Positions 7,532-16,139 of a stretch of 39,780 nucleotides of DNA are shown here, one piece after another. A program made the position numbers and the translations under genes. Below the pieces are notes generated by a model, which did not search any database, was not told the DNA's origin, and saw nothing but the letters and a program-made list of their open reading frames with translations. The DNA is taken from IMG/VR virus record IMGVR_UViG_3300032239_000271, positions 1-39,780 of that record. One strand, 5' to 3'. Source of the DNA: a virus (Duplodnaviria; Caudoviricetes). Each line of letters opens with the position of its first letter. Positions within the stretch are counted from its first letter, which is position 1.

Positions 7532-7714
7532 TCAATTTCCGCAATTTGCTTTTTCGTGGCCTTCACAAATTATTTTGGCAAACTTGGTCAGTTTACCATT
7601 CTGTGAGCCGGGGCATGAGCAGCAAGCAAAAAGAAATCCACCAGAAAAAACAACACCACGGTGCGCTTTTCCGTTATTGCTGCGGAAAGTAACTTTTTTG
7701 TCTTCGTTGCTCAT
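7532..7714 (-). CDS. Small Cys/His-rich hypothetical protein
   Basis: GGAGA-N5-ATG at 7714; CCSC and C..H...C. Confidence 0.65.
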   Translation of the reverse strand: MSNEDKKVTFRSNNGKAHRGVVFSGGFLFACCSCPGSQNGKLTKFAKIICEGHEKANCGN

Positions 7715-7786
7715 GTTCATCTCCATTGGTTGCCCGTAGGCCGTTGTTGATGATTTGTTTTTAATATGCTGTTTCTGCTGTGTCAA
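7715..7786 (-). promoter_or_regulatory. Promoter-leader cassette copy 1
   Basis: TTGACA-N17-TAAAAA ... ATCAACAACG-GCC TACG GGC-AACCAATGGAGA-N5-ATG. Confidence 0.7.
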
Positions 7787-7982
7787 CTGACTTTACATCA
7801 TTCTTACAAAATCTTTGTTGTTGGCTCATATCATACTTCATGCGCCCTGTGTCCATTATAATAACACTGAGTGGCTTTTCTGTTCCTGTGACTACGGCGT
7901 GGCTCATAATAAGCCAAGTATGGACACGAGGGCTTTTGGCCCTCGCTTGTTGTTTACGGCGTCTGAGCCAATCAATGATCAC
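7761..7982 (-). CDS. Hypothetical protein
   Basis: GTG start coupled to the upstream stop; GGAGG SD. Confidence 0.5.
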   Translation of the reverse strand: MIIDWLRRRKQQARAKSPRVHTWLIMSHAVVTGTEKPLSVIIMDTGRMKYDMSQQQRFCKNDVKSVDTAETAY

Positions 7983-8296
7983 TCACCCTCCTTCAGTGTG
8001 GCACGAGTTGCGCTAATATTTTCTTTCATAAGAACCATTTTAATAGACCAAGATAATTTTTCGTTTACGACCACCTCGCAAATTTCAACAGACTTTTTCA
8101 ACGCTTCCCTCAGCCGTTCGTTCTCTTTTTCTAACCGCTCTTCATTGGAAACAAATTTGCCCGTTGATGCGGGAGCAAAATGCCCACCGCCGCCACCACG
8201 ATGTGGGTTATGCTCTTTGGCGTAAGGAGAATTACCGCTGCCAACAGAACTCACTGTTATAGCAATCGGGGGTTTTGTATTTACTGTTATTGCCAT
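7979..8296 (-). CDS. Hypothetical protein (ENERLREAL coiled coil)
   Basis: GGAGG-N5-ATG at 8296. Confidence 0.65.
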   Translation of the reverse strand: MAITVNTKPPIAITVSSVGSGNSPYAKEHNPHRGGGGGHFAPASTGKFVSNEERLEKENERLREALKKSVEICEVVVNEKLSWSIKMVLMKENISATRATLKEGE

Positions 8297-8306
8297 CATT
8301 GCCTCC

Positions 8307-8612
8307 TCATTGAACATTGATCTTAAATGTAAGGGATGGCTTTGGTGTAGAAACCTTACAATGAGCCAACCACCATGATTCGCCCATCTCTTCCTTAACC
8401 TTGTCAGTATCAATGCTCCAGCGGACTGAAGCCTCAGAGAATACTGCCTTAAAGATATTGCCACGGACTTCCTTGTCAGTAGCACGGCTACGGATAACCT
8501 TCTCAGCAGCGGCAAACTGTGCTTCCAGTTCTTTAATTTGAGCCTTGAGATAAGCGGCGGCATCAATCACTTGAGCGGTTTCCATTGCGTTGAAGTCGGT
8601 TGCGTTGCTCAT
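8307..8612 (-). CDS. Hypothetical phage protein
   Basis: 101 aa; behind cassette copy 2. Confidence 0.75.
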   Translation of the reverse strand: MSNATDFNAMETAQVIDAAAYLKAQIKELEAQFAAAEKVIRSRATDKEVRGNIFKAVFSEASVRWSIDTDKVKEEMGESWWLAHCKVSTPKPSLTFKINVQ

Positions 8613-8685
8613 GGTAGTCTCCGTTGGTTTGGCCGTAGCCCGTTGTTGATATAATCTGTTTAATCTGTTGCTTATGCTGTGTCAA
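8613..8685 (-). promoter_or_regulatory. Promoter-leader cassette copy 2
   Basis: TTGACA-N17-TAAACA ... ATCAACAACG-GGC TACG GCC-AAACCAACGGAGA-N5-ATG. Confidence 0.7.
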
Positions 8686-8879
8686 TAGCGGTGTAAGCCA
8701 AAAATGTTTTCTAAATTATAAAGCATCTTCATTTCTTCATTTGGTACTATTTGCCCATCATCATAGTCAGCATCCATACGGTCCTTAAAATAATCTACCA
8801 ACTCAAGAAGGTAATATTCCAAGTCCTTCTTCTGGTCATCAGTCAAACGGGTTAGTTTATAAATATCTTCGTCCTTCAT
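8682..8879 (-). CDS. Small acidic hypothetical protein
   Basis: SD AAGGAG; 65 aa. Confidence 0.7.
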   Translation of the reverse strand: MKDEDIYKLTRLTDDQKKDLEYYLLELVDYFKDRMDADYDDGQIVPNEEMKMLYNLENIFGLHRY

Positions 8880-8891
8880 TGTAATTACTCC

Positions 8892-9188
8892 TTAGTTAAT
8901 GGCGTCTTGGATTGCTGACCAGACGTGGTTCTCAAACTGTTTGGTGTCGTTCTTTATCATCTCAATCAATTCGGCTTCTTCTTCGCCAGAGAGGACAACA
9001 TCAATGCCTTCCTCATCCGTAATGTAATTGATCAAAATCCACTCAAATTCCCAATCCGTCTCGTCGTAATCCACATAACCGTAGATCACATGGGCTTGGG
9101 CATCAATGAGGAGATTTTTACCGTGAAAGTTGATCTTGGCGTAATCAATGTCCAAATCAAAGTCGGCTTCAATGTTGAGAGGATGCAT
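8892..9188 (-). CDS. Highly acidic hypothetical protein
   Basis: 98 aa, D/E-rich; behind cassette copy 3. Confidence 0.75.
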   Translation of the reverse strand: MHPLNIEADFDLDIDYAKINFHGKNLLIDAQAHVIYGYVDYDETDWEFEWILINYITDEEGIDVVLSGEEEAELIEMIKNDTKQFENHVWSAIQDAIN

Positions 9189-9259
9189 TGTAATCTCCGT
9201 TGGTTTGGGCAGCGCCCCGTTGATGTCAATGTTGTATAACAGTGTTTATATGGTGTCAA
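9189..9259 (-). promoter_or_regulatory. Promoter-leader cassette copy 3
   Basis: TTGACA-N17-TACAAC ... ATCAACG-GGGC GCT GCCC-AAACCAACGGAGA-N5-ATG. Confidence 0.7.
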
Positions 9260-9453
9260 CACCCCATATCATCAGAACATAAATCAAACACAGACTTCAT
9301 ATCGCTCACATGATGTATCCTATTGTCGGATAACATTAATACCCGCCACATTTCCCACGTTGGCGACCACTGACACCAAGCAATTTTCTGCTCATTCCAG
9401 TAAACCGTGAACATACATTCGTTGTCGTATTGAACCCGTAATTCCAGAATCAT
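9256..9453 (-). CDS. Hypothetical protein
   Basis: ATGA overlap with the primase stop. Confidence 0.6.
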   Translation of the reverse strand: MILELRVQYDNECMFTVYWNEQKIAWCQWSPTWEMWRVLMLSDNRIHHVSDMKSVFDLCSDDMGC

Positions 9454-10370
9454 TGTCTTCCCTTCCAATAATCTAACCAATCGGTTCCTGCCTTTGGCGG
9501 CAGTCTGACTTCCACTTTGATGCCACGGGTCATTACCATACGCCGTGCCAACTCATAAGCAGCCGCCTGACCCACATAATGCTCATCATTGTCTGAAAAA
9601 ATGGTTAACTTCTTCACAGATTGTGGAGGATCAAACGATTTCATAAGTGGGGCGTTAATAGCCGCCCAAGTCGGTATGCCAGTGTCCAGATAAGCCGCCA
9701 GCGCCGTTTCAATGCCTTCTGCAATAGCAAGATGCTGAGACACACCGAATAACCTGATAGCCGATCCCGGTGGAATAGAACCCGCCATAATCATCTTATT
9801 AGGCGTCACATCAGCCTTCTGGCCATCCTCAGTCAGAAACGTCCTGTGAACCGAAACAAGTTCACCTGCTGCGTCACTGATCTTTGCCGCCATAACGGTG
9901 TAGGACTGGCCTTTATTGGCCGGATGCGTTGAATGTCCCGCCCTTAATGAAACAGACGGATTTGGCGCATTTAGACGGTTAAAAAGGTACTTATCCACAG
10001 GGCTTACACCAGAAATAACAATCGTATTGCGCCAAAACCGTGTTGAGTTTTTCCGGCAATCCTCATCATCCCGTGGCGTGGTAATCCTAACAGACTTTGC
10101 ATTAGGCAATAATGGCTCAATAGCCTCCTTGGCCTGTGCAAGTGTGAACTTCTTAACCTTGGCAACAAGTGAGAACCCATCACCAGCACCGCAGCCGGAA
10201 CATATCCAACCGCCTTTGCCATCCTTATCGTCAAACCGAAACCGATCCTTACCAGCGCAGATGGGGCAAGGTCCATGCTTGCCAGTGAGGTAACGCGAAT
10301 CAATACCCAGATTTGGAAGCAGACTATGCCACTTCCCTTGTGCTTGTTGTTGAGCCGTTGCGAAGTTCAT
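9450..10370 (-). CDS. Primase: P4-alpha-type Zn ribbon plus Toprim domain
   Basis: HGPCPIC.GKDRFRFDD...CSGCG.GDG; AEGIETALA; DND; GTDW. Confidence 0.9.
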   Translation of the reverse strand: MNFATAQQQAQGKWHSLLPNLGIDSRYLTGKHGPCPICAGKDRFRFDDKDGKGGWICSGCGAGDGFSLVAKVKKFTLAQAKEAIEPLLPNAKSVRITTPRDDEDCRKNSTRFWRNTIVISGVSPVDKYLFNRLNAPNPSVSLRAGHSTHPANKGQSYTVMAAKISDAAGELVSVHRTFLTEDGQKADVTPNKMIMAGSIPPGSAIRLFGVSQHLAIAEGIETALAAYLDTGIPTWAAINAPLMKSFDPPQSVKKLTIFSDNDEHYVGQAAAYELARRMVMTRGIKVEVRLPPKAGTDWLDYWKGRQ

Positions 10371-11829
10371 TTTTCTCTCTTTGTTTTGCTCTTGCGATGT
10401 TCAAATGCCGAATCCAAGACAGCGTAGCAGGGCTAGGCATCTGTGGTGAAGGCTTTGTTGCTGGTCCAACACCAAATCTTTGGCGGTAGGCATGATAAGC
10501 CCAACCTGATTTGTAGCCTTTGATTTCAGCGTGACCCAAAAGTTCCGCGTAAAACGCATTCTTTTTGAATAATGGCCAATCTTCCGTGATTTGCTTCTTG
10601 GTTGGCGTCAGTTCCCTGAGTTCACCTTCTTCCGTTTCAACCATAGATGTAGGTTCTGCCTTAAACCCACACGCAGGGCATTCCCGTGATCCCGGTGGCT
10701 TTAGGAATGTACATTTCGGGCATGGTTTTGGCAGTCTGATTTTCTTCTCAGCAATACCTTTTTTCTTGTCACCCGAATCAAGTTGCTCGTGGTGAATGTC
10801 CGTCACGAAACCCAATCGTAGGGTTGTGTCGCTATGATCTAAGATCAGGCAATATTCCTTACCGGGAGCAGTCCTCAAACCACGGCCAATGATCTGCGTG
10901 AACAGTATTTCTGATTTGGTGGGACGAGCCAAAATGATGCACCGCACATCCCAATCAATCCCAGTGGTTAAGACGCCTACGTTACAGACTACCTTTAAAT
11001 CGCCGTCCGCGAATTGTTTGGCGATTTGTTCGCGCTCCTCAACCTCAGTGAAGGCATCCATGTAACCGCAGTTTACACCCGCTTCCTGAAACTGCTGCTG
11101 CAATTTCTTGGCGTGGGCGCGATCCACTGCAAAGCATAGCGTTGGACGATCCTCACCCTTCTCAAGCCAAGTGCTTACGATGTCAGCCACCAGCGTACCC
11201 TGCTGCATGGCCTTAGATAAACCCTTAGTCTCGTAGTCACCTTTGACAACCTTAACGCCTGTTAGGTCTGGATGGGCTGGAGCAAATGTCCTAAACTTGG
11301 ACAAGTAACCCGCATCAATGAGTTTCTGGGTTGTCGTCCCGATAATCAGGTCATCATACAACTTACCCATGCCCTTGGCCCACGGCGTGGCTGATAGGCC
11401 AATAACTGGCACTTTCTGCTCTTCCAGTTGCTTGAACCACTTTTCAAGGAACTTGAACTGGACATGGCACTCGTCAATGATCACCAACGATGTGCTTGGT
11501 ATGTTGCGCCGCATCAAAGTTTGAATGGATGCCACCTGAACTGAAGCCGTGTGGTCAGTCCGATCATGGTAGGCTTGCATGACGCCAATATCAAAGATGC
11601 CGTCATTCTCAAATGATTCTACCGTCTGGTTAACGAGCGAGATAGCGGGGACGCAAAACATTACCCCGTTACCTTTCTCACGAGCCATGTTGATAATGGC
11701 CCCTGCCGTGGCAGTCTTCCCTGCGCCTGTAGGCATCTGCAATACTGGCCTACGCTTGCCAGATCGTAAGGATGTCTTCAGGGCAGCAATCGCGTTTTTC
11801 TGGTAATCGCGTAACTCATGCGCTGACAT
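10324..11829 (-). CDS. SF2 (DEAD/DEAH, RadD/YejH-like) helicase with C-terminal Zn finger
   Basis: PTGAGKT, IIDECH, SATP, QIIGRGLR, CPKC...CPAC. Confidence 0.93.
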   Translation of the reverse strand: MSAHELRDYQKNAIAALKTSLRSGKRRPVLQMPTGAGKTATAGAIINMAREKGNGVMFCVPAISLVNQTVESFENDGIFDIGVMQAYHDRTDHTASVQVASIQTLMRRNIPSTSLVIIDECHVQFKFLEKWFKQLEEQKVPVIGLSATPWAKGMGKLYDDLIIGTTTQKLIDAGYLSKFRTFAPAHPDLTGVKVVKGDYETKGLSKAMQQGTLVADIVSTWLEKGEDRPTLCFAVDRAHAKKLQQQFQEAGVNCGYMDAFTEVEEREQIAKQFADGDLKVVCNVGVLTTGIDWDVRCIILARPTKSEILFTQIIGRGLRTAPGKEYCLILDHSDTTLRLGFVTDIHHEQLDSGDKKKGIAEKKIRLPKPCPKCTFLKPPGSRECPACGFKAEPTSMVETEEGELRELTPTKKQITEDWPLFKKNAFYAELLGHAEIKGYKSGWAYHAYRQRFGVGPATKPSPQMPSPATLSWIRHLNIARAKQREKNELRNGSTTSTREVA

Positions 11830-12244
11830 GATGTTTCTGTTCCCACATTTGGATGTCGTGATTGATTGTCGTGTGGTCTTTCTTGAGCCAACGACCGATT
11901 TGGGATTGGGAATAGTTAAGTTCTTTGTGAGCCTTGTAGACTACTTCGCGCCTGATCCAGACAACTGGAGCCTTGCGGGTTGATGCAACCAAAATGTGAG
12001 GGTCAATGTTATGTTTTTTGGCTACTTCAACAAGGAATTGATAGAAATTATTCCTTGGGTAACCCTTTAATTCCCACACAGTTATTTCAATCACTGGCTC
12101 CTGAGGACGGACAACCTCAACTGGGATTTCTTCCTGTTTCTGCATTGGGATGAGGCCGGATGATTTGCCCAAACCGCCAAGGCGTTTCCGCACTGCAACA
12201 TAGTGAGCCTTTAATTCTTCGTATGTCATTGGTTCGTTTGTCAT
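11816..12244 (-). CDS. DnaA C-terminal-like HTH protein
   Basis: S.SQIGRWLKKDHTTINH matches the DnaA domain IV IG..F..RDHTTV pattern; ATGA coupling. Confidence 0.75.
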   Translation of the reverse strand: MTNEPMTYEELKAHYVAVRKRLGGLGKSSGLIPMQKQEEIPVEVVRPQEPVIEITVWELKGYPRNNFYQFLVEVAKKHNIDPHILVASTRKAPVVWIRREVVYKAHKELNYSQSQIGRWLKKDHTTINHDIQMWEQKHHVSA

Positions 12245-12588
12245 TGTTTTTCCATTGGTATTAGCGTTACGACCATTGGCGCTGACCCATCTTTTGCCCA
12301 CTCCGCAGCGAGCGCCACACACTGCGAATCATCTTCCACAACATGAAGTCCAACCAATAAATCACTGGTAGCCTTCAAAATATTATCCAAATCCCTGCGC
12401 CTGTTAGACCTGATAGCGCGAATATGAATTGCGTATTCCCCGTCAATGGTTTGGCGTGTCTGTTGCTTGACCATCCAACCCGCTTCCTCAAGCCAATCCT
12501 TGTAAACTTTGGACTTGTACAACTTCTTAGGGCCGACCTTCCAAAGTGCGTTAACGGATGGGGCGAGGGGCAATTCAAGTGTGATCAT
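12241..12588 (-). CDS. rusA: RusA-family Holliday junction resolvase
   Basis: PSVN, RRDLDNILK..SD.L, EDDSQ. Confidence 0.9.
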   Translation of the reverse strand: MITLELPLAPSVNALWKVGPKKLYKSKVYKDWLEEAGWMVKQQTRQTIDGEYAIHIRAIRSNRRRDLDNILKATSDLLVGLHVVEDDSQCVALAAEWAKDGSAPMVVTLIPMEKQ

Positions 12589-12770
12589 TGGACACCAAAA
12601 AAATCATCAGGAACAAGGCGACCGCCTGATGCTGCAATGATTTTTTGCGCTGCACCAATGAGGGGAGTTTGCTTGTATCGCTCTATGCGAGACAGGGATG
12701 CGACCGAAATTCCGGTGACAAACGAAATATCATCAAGGTTAATTCCGTAGGCCATCCGCCAGACTTTCAT
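12585..12770 (-). CDS. Cro/XRE-like HTH regulator
   Basis: TGISVASLSRIER...P...I...SGG.LVPDDF; ATGA coupling. Confidence 0.75.
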   Translation of the reverse strand: MKVWRMAYGINLDDISFVTGISVASLSRIERYKQTPLIGAAQKIIAASGGRLVPDDFFGVQ

Positions 12771-13000
12771 GGGGTGTCCCTCGCCTGTTCCCCGCCAATT
12801 GGGGTCACCGACAAACGGTTTGCCGTTGGGTTGGGTTGCAACCTGATTTTGGTGTTCTCCCATGTCCAGCACTCTCCCGAATCATCCTGAAATACGATCC
12901 ACATCAGGTGGTGTTCAAATCCGTAATCCATCAAGAAATGCGCCATTGCCTTACCTTTTGGGGTCAAAACAGGTAGCGGGGGATCAAGTTGTTTTAGCAT
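12767..13000 (-). CDS. Conserved hypothetical phage protein
   Basis: QLDPPLPV.TPKG...DYG.E...W; first gene of the leftward operon. Confidence 0.75.
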   Translation of the reverse strand: MLKQLDPPLPVLTPKGKAMAHFLMDYGFEHHLMWIVFQDDSGECWTWENTKIRLQPNPTANRLSVTPIGGEQARDTP

Positions 13001-13053
13001 TTGACACTCACTTGCATTGAATGCAACTTACGCTCAATGCAAATTAACGTCAA
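13001..13053. promoter_or_regulatory. Symmetric control region between divergent operons
   Basis: TTGAC-N6-TTGCATTGA-N13-TCAATGCAA-N6-GTCAA; leftward TTGACG-N17-TAAGTT, rightward TTGACA-N17-CAACTT. Confidence 0.65.
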
Positions 13054-13062
13054 GGAGCCTAA

Positions 13063-13581
13063 ATGAAAACTGTTCAACAAATTAAAGTTACTATGCCAGC
13101 CATAGAAGCAGAAATAACTAACCTTCTGGCTAGCATCTATGATTCTAACCCTGAATTACGAGATGATGATGATTTCAAGAAAGACATTCTAGAAGGGTCT
13201 ACTGATTTCCTAGATATAATAAATAAACTATTATTAGAACTTAGTATTACTAATGGTTTTCTAGATGGTATTAAGGATTCTATATCGCGGTTAGAAGGTC
13301 GGGAAGGCCGTTTATGGCTGCGAAAAGAGGCAATTCGCACCATACTTCAGCGGTTGCTGACTGTGGCTGAAATGCGGAAAGTGGAAGTTCCCAATGGGTC
13401 GGTTTCAATAAAAAATAAATCTCCATCCGTGGAAATCGTGGATGAGGGGTTGATCCCTGAAAAATTTATGCGTATCACGAAAGCACCAAGCAAGACGTTG
13501 ATTGGCGATGCACTAAAGGCTGGCGAAGACGTTCCCGGCGCAAGAATGTCTAACGGCGGTGAAACAATAGCGATTAGGTAA
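13063..13581 (+). CDS. Siphovirus Gp157-family protein
   Basis: Coiled coil plus SV.IVDE..IP...K.PSK..I..ALKAGE.VPGA. Confidence 0.85.
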   Translation: MKTVQQIKVTMPAIEAEITNLLASIYDSNPELRDDDDFKKDILEGSTDFLDIINKLLLELSITNGFLDGIKDSISRLEGREGRLWLRKEAIRTILQRLLTVAEMRKVEVPNGSVSIKNKSPSVEIVDEGLIPEKFMRITKAPSKTLIGDALKAGEDVPGARMSNGGETIAIR

Positions 13582-13585
13582 AACG

Positions 13586-14323
13586 ATGAAAAACATAATT
13601 AAAGCATTGAACGAAGTGATGAAATCCGTTGCTTACGTTCAAAAATCTTCCGAAAATAAGTTCCACGGTTACAAGTACGCAAGCGAATCTTCCCTCTTGG
13701 AAAGCCTTCGTCCTGCAATGATTGAGCATGGACTGATTTTAATCCCAAGCATTGGGAATGTTAGCCCAATTGATGCTCACGGTAACACGTTGATCACAGT
13801 GGAATACACGCTTGCACATACTTCTGGTGAAGTTTGGCCGGATAAGATTGTGGCAGCGGGTTGCGGTAATGACCGTAACAAGCAAGGCGGTGTAGGCGAT
13901 AAGGGTTTGTACAAGGCAATCACTGGAGCCAACAAATATCTGTTGTTCAAACTATTCCAGATTGAGACTGGTGATGATCCTGAAAAGGATGAGACACCTG
14001 CACCTGCGGCTGCTCCAGTGACTCAACAGGCAAGGCCAGAGGCTAAACCTGCTGCTAAACCTGCCGCCAAAGAAAATGGCCTGAAGCCTATAGAATACCC
14101 TGAGAAATTCGCGCCAACGGCTGAAGACTTAGATAAATACATCGCAGTCTTCATTGGAGCATTGCCAATGGCGAGAACTGAGAAGGAAGTCCGTGACTTC
14201 TGGAAGAGCGAAGCGAAGAACCGCTCATTAATGGCTCTTCAACCTAACGATGACGATTATAAAAAATTGGCTGATGCTTGCTCAAAACGCATCGCAGAAC
14301 TGAAAGGCAACGAAAATGGCTAA
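13586..14323 (+). CDS. erf: ERF-family ssDNA annealing protein
   Basis: K..ENKF.GYKYAS, DKG.YKAITGA.KY.L.KLF.I.TGDDPE. Confidence 0.85.
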   Translation: MKNIIKALNEVMKSVAYVQKSSENKFHGYKYASESSLLESLRPAMIEHGLILIPSIGNVSPIDAHGNTLITVEYTLAHTSGEVWPDKIVAAGCGNDRNKQGGVGDKGLYKAITGANKYLLFKLFQIETGDDPEKDETPAPAAAPVTQQARPEAKPAAKPAAKENGLKPIEYPEKFAPTAEDLDKYIAVFIGALPMARTEKEVRDFWKSEAKNRSLMALQPNDDDYKKLADACSKRIAELKGNENG

Positions 14324-14579
14324 TAACTTTGAAGTTAAAGAACTCTCTGGTTCAGCATTCTACAACGACTACAAAAAGGCAGACAATCAACCATCCTATC
14401 GTGGTGATTTAAGAATTGACGGCGTTCTCTACAAACAATCAATCTGGGTAAAGGTATCAAAAAATGGAAAGAAATGGCTCTCGTTTTCCTATCAAAAGGC
14501 CGACGAAGACACTGGACCTAAGGGAACCAAATCACAGCCAGCGCCCGTTGATGAACTTGATGACGAAATCCCATTCTGA
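14316..14579 (+). CDS. SSB-like protein
   Basis: QPSYRG...W.K....K.LS; acidic tail DDEIPF. Confidence 0.75.
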   Translation: MANNFEVKELSGSAFYNDYKKADNQPSYRGDLRIDGVLYKQSIWVKVSKNGKKWLSFSYQKADEDTGPKGTKSQPAPVDELDDEIPF

Positions 14580-15000
14580 TTATGAAGAAGAATCATTCCG
14601 ATTTGATTGGGTCGCCACCTCGTGGCGTCCCGACCCCATCACCCTCAAGGCTCGTGAGATCATCATTGGCCGTGGCTTTAGTACCCGCAAGGATACGATC
14701 AACATCTGCTTTGACGCACTCCCGATTGCTGACTCTGACAACTTTTGTCGTGTAATCCTTCGGCCAGCCGATCATAGTGTTATAGACGGGGAATGGACCG
14801 AAAACTGGACTGTTCTCTCCTATAAGAATGATAGGATGGGTGCGACAAAGAAAAATATCATCGGCGGTGGATGGACTGAGGACAATGAAATCCTTGTCTG
14901 TCTGGATGCTCTGCCAACTCCTAACCAAAATGTTGAGTGCTGGATTGCCCTCAAGCCCAAAATTGAAAGAACCACAAATGTCAGGAAATCGGCTGATTAA
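14560..15000 (+). CDS. Hypothetical protein with two tandem IG.G[FW]...DALP domains
   Basis: Internal duplication visible in the translation. Confidence 0.7.
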   Translation: MTKSHSDYEEESFRFDWVATSWRPDPITLKAREIIIGRGFSTRKDTINICFDALPIADSDNFCRVILRPADHSVIDGEWTENWTVLSYKNDRMGATKKNIIGGGWTEDNEILVCLDALPTPNQNVECWIALKPKIERTTNVRKSAD

Positions 15001-15322
15001 CGATGAATGGATTGAAGACGCTCTTCAATACCTATCTACCGCTACAGACCAAACAGCAGCCGCCCGTGCCAATCGTGTACGGGCGGAGTTCAACCGGAAG
15101 CAAACACGCGCCAGACTTGTGCTTCGTTCACCCGAATCATCGGTTGCAATGCGTGATGCTTGGGCTGAATGTCACAGCGAATATCTTATAGCCTGTGAGG
15201 AAGAAGTTGCTGCAATTGAGGCCGACGAATGGCATCGGGCGCAGCGCAACAAGTGTGATGCAATCATTGAGGCATGGAGAACAGAGCAAGCCTCCCACCG
15301 TGCGGGAAGCAAGTTTCAATGA
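14978..15322 (+). CDS. Helical phage protein (possibly recombination accessory)
   Basis: IEAWRTEQA C-terminal motif; lies in the recombination operon. Confidence 0.7.
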   Translation: MSGNRLINDEWIEDALQYLSTATDQTAAARANRVRAEFNRKQTRARLVLRSPESSVAMRDAWAECHSEYLIACEEEVAAIEADEWHRAQRNKCDAIIEAWRTEQASHRAGSKFQ

Positions 15323-15768
15323 CCCACATTGTACTTGATCCGTCAGAAATGATGTTGGCCGCAACCGCAGGGGTTATGAGGCAGGTTGAAAACATTAAGA
15401 GGGGCGTAAAACCCGCTTACGGCGCTGGCAATGAAAGAGATTGGCAATACGGAATTGAAGGCGCAATGGGTGAATTTGCTTTGGCCAAATATCTTGGAAT
15501 TTTTTGGTACGGCAAAGGAAAAATGCGTGGCGACGATGTTGGCACGTTACAAGTGAGAACATCATCTCGTGACAATGGAGACTTGATCCTTCACCCACGA
15601 GACGATGACGAAAAAGTTTTTTGGCTGCTCACGGGCCTTAATGGAACGTATGATGTGCGTGGTTTCATCAAAGCCAAAGACGGGAAAAAACAAGAATTTT
15701 GGCGTGATCCGACAGGCAAAAATCGCCCTGCATTCTTTGTCCCTCAATCGGAACTATTAACACCATGA
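15319..15768 (+). CDS. Putative PD-(D/E)XK-like nuclease
   Basis: GAMGE.A.AKYL...DVG.LQVRT; ATGA coupling. Confidence 0.6.
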   Translation: MTHIVLDPSEMMLAATAGVMRQVENIKRGVKPAYGAGNERDWQYGIEGAMGEFALAKYLGIFWYGKGKMRGDDVGTLQVRTSSRDNGDLILHPRDDDEKVFWLLTGLNGTYDVRGFIKAKDGKKQEFWRDPTGKNRPAFFVPQSELLTP

Positions 15769-16139
15769 CTGAAGACGTAGGAACAACCAAACGCGGCAAT
15801 CTATCAACACGAAGGAAACTAGCAATATGGGAGAGGGAACGTGGTCTTTGCGCGATATGCTCCGCAAGGCTGATACCGGGGAAGTTCATCTACGAACACA
15901 TGAGGCCATTAGAATTGGGGGGGACGGATACGGACGAGAACATTCGCCTGACCTGCATCCCCTGCGCGACGCAGAAAACGAAGGAGGACCACAGCACAGC
16001 AGCCAAAGCGAAACGCCAGAAAGCATCAGTTCTGGGAATCAAGAAATCAAAGACACCAATGCCATTTGGAAAGGAATCAAAATGGAAACGAAAAATGGAC
16101 GGAACAATAGTGCCTCGCAAGACTGGAGGCAGTTTATAA
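15765..16139 (+). CDS. HNH endonuclease
   Basis: CAIC...EH..PL.LGG.D..EN....C.PC..KT. Confidence 0.85.
   Translation: MTEDVGTTKRGNLSTRRKLAIWERERGLCAICSARLIPGKFIYEHMRPLELGGTDTDENIRLTCIPCATQKTKEDHSTAAKAKRQKASVLGIKKSKTPMPFGKESKWKRKMDGTIVPRKTGGSL

Noticed and set aside
8297-8566. N-terminal extension of ORF 7979-8566
   Set aside because: Overlaps gene 8307-8612 in another frame; a good SD supports the start at 8296
7715-9259. CRISPR-like or mini-array
   Set aside because: The repeats are degenerate, several hundred bp apart and separated by genes; no cas genes
12585-13062. Lambda-type lysogeny module
   Set aside because: Only a Cro-like HTH; no CI with peptidase domain, integrase or att site in the window
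15827-16081. Long overlap extension of ORF 15827-16453 inside the HNH gene
   Set aside because: Probably a chance open frame; the recognisable domain begins after 16082
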